Origin: Azolla caroliniana
Taxonomy: Eukaryota; Plantae; Polypodiophyta
DNA: 64,000 bases
NCBI GenBank assembly: GCA_043228905.1
Contig: JBHGNT010000005.1
Location: 6,944,001-7,008,000, forward strand
Direction: 5' to 3'
In this document: in pieces, positions 62,512-64,000 of the stretch
How the letters are laid out: every line of letters starts with the position of its first letter
How positions within the stretch are numbered: the stretch's first letter is position 1
The notes under the pieces: model-generated
What the model saw: only the letters and a program-made list of their open reading frames with translations
Told to the model about the DNA's origin: nothing
Database searches by the model: none
Made by a program: the position numbers and the translations under genes

Positions 62512-62718
62512 GTGGAAGGGTTCAAAACAAATTTAGCAAGTTTATAACACAATATATGAGAGGCTTAAAGTGTGCCTTGTGAATAAGGAAGGGGTTCAAG
62601 CCCATGTTTAATGGTGGAAGGGTTCAAAACATATTTAGCAAGTTTATAACACTCAATATATGCGAGGTTCAAAGAGTGCCTTGTGAGTAAGAAAGGGGTT
62701 CAAGCCCATGTTTAATGG
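62512..62718. repeat. ~102-bp tandem duplication
   Basis: GTGGAAGGGTTCAAAACA...CCCATGTTTAATGG at 62512 and 62614. Confidence 0.85.
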
Positions 62719-64000
62719 CACCTGAGAATTTAATGGGAATCAAGATAACACTTGAATATGTGAAAGGGCCCATGACCAAGTTTGGTGGTATTGTTGAAGA
62801 TATTGTCAAGGATGACGAGAAAGGGCTAATGATAAAGTGAGAAGCATTTTGAGGCATGTGAAAGGGCAAGACCAAGAGTGCAATGATAGAAAGGAACCAT
62901 GAATAAAAACTAGAAAGTCTTGAATTGTGAATAAAAAGGAGCTTAGGACCAAATCCAAGTGCGCTGCATATAATGTGACTCTAGATTAAAAGGCAATTGC
63001 CTAAAGGATGTAATCAACATTATACACATTAGGGAGGAAGTATACACAAGTAGCATAGCACATCGAGGGCAACTAATAGAAAGCCCAAAAGTTTGGAAAA
63101 TTGATCATATTTATACTTTGTGCTAGTTCCCATTCAAATTCCCCTAAATGCACACTATAATAATTTCCTTGTCCTATTGTCTCCGATTTTCAGATAAAGT
63201 TTCATGTCGTATGAAGACATAAATACACCCTTTAGAGTCAATCTCTTGATAATGGTTTTGCGTGTCATTTCAAACTTGTCGATGTAGATTTATATCCAAC
63301 CGATCTCTAGAAACACAACAATAATGAATATGGAATGGAAGACATTTAAACTAAAATAAGCGATTTTGTTTCACAACCCCACTAAATGCTATGGGGAAAT
63401 ACGAAAACATAATGTCTTATGGGAGGATAGAATCAATATTTTTATCAACATCACTTTTTGGATGTCTGATTTTAAGTTTCAAAAAAAGCTACAATAATCA
63501 AGTCGCTATAGAGCATTTTATATTTTCAGTTGGAAGTTATTACTACAACATGCTTAAAAACATGAATTTCAACATTTATTTTTAGCTCTTGTTAAATTTA
63601 CTTATGCTTGGTTGAAGTCTAGACTCTAAACTCTAAACACATTAATATTAAGAATAAGCATGTAATTTAACTTAAAATATACACGTGCGATTATGACGAT
63701 TAATTAACAATAACTCATGGGTATTGCTAATTTATAGTATTGTTGAGATAGGTTGTATTAACCACTGAATTTCATCATTAATAAGTGAGCATGTCTTGAT
63801 TGACAAAGTTAGGGGCTAATTAGCTCTTTGAATATGTCAATAGCACTAATATATAATGTTCATAATTACAACCATTAGGGCATTTAGGTGCATATTAATA
63901 TATTTTCTTAGCTCAAAGCTTCTTGTAAGTGTATGTTTGACCTTAGTGACATCCATGGCATGAGGAGCTCAAGTTTGACCAAGTATATAGGTATGTATAT

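Overview
Eukaryotic, land-plant genomic DNA; the transposon content suggests a seed-free plant, which is an inference. Bases 1-40.5 kb are a stack of nested LTR retrotransposons: three decayed Ty1/Copia elements, remnants of a chromovirus-type Ty3 element, and at least six related non-chromovirus Ty3/Gypsy insertions (labelled A-F here) primed by tRNA-Trp. Element A (27825-35123) is almost intact, with one nonsense mutation. Bases 40.5-43.6 kb hold a decayed, intron-containing Sola2-like DNA transposase with two tandem arrays. The only clear host genes are two tandem minus-strand CYP71-clan cytochrome P450s (48379-50179 and 54635-56386), both with an altered I-helix oxygen-activation motif. 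The best discovery candidate is the tRNA-Trp Gypsy lineage. It shows an alpharetrovirus-like design: Gag and protease share one ORF, and RT-RH-IN is reached by a putative -1 ribosomal frameshift at G_GAU_UUU followed by a covarying pseudoknot. It also has a conserved U5/leader stem, a PAS-like motif around the PBS, a conserved pre-PPT hairpin, 4-bp CpG-centred (ACGY) target-site duplications and a gag-only non-autonomous partner. All alignments were made by eye.
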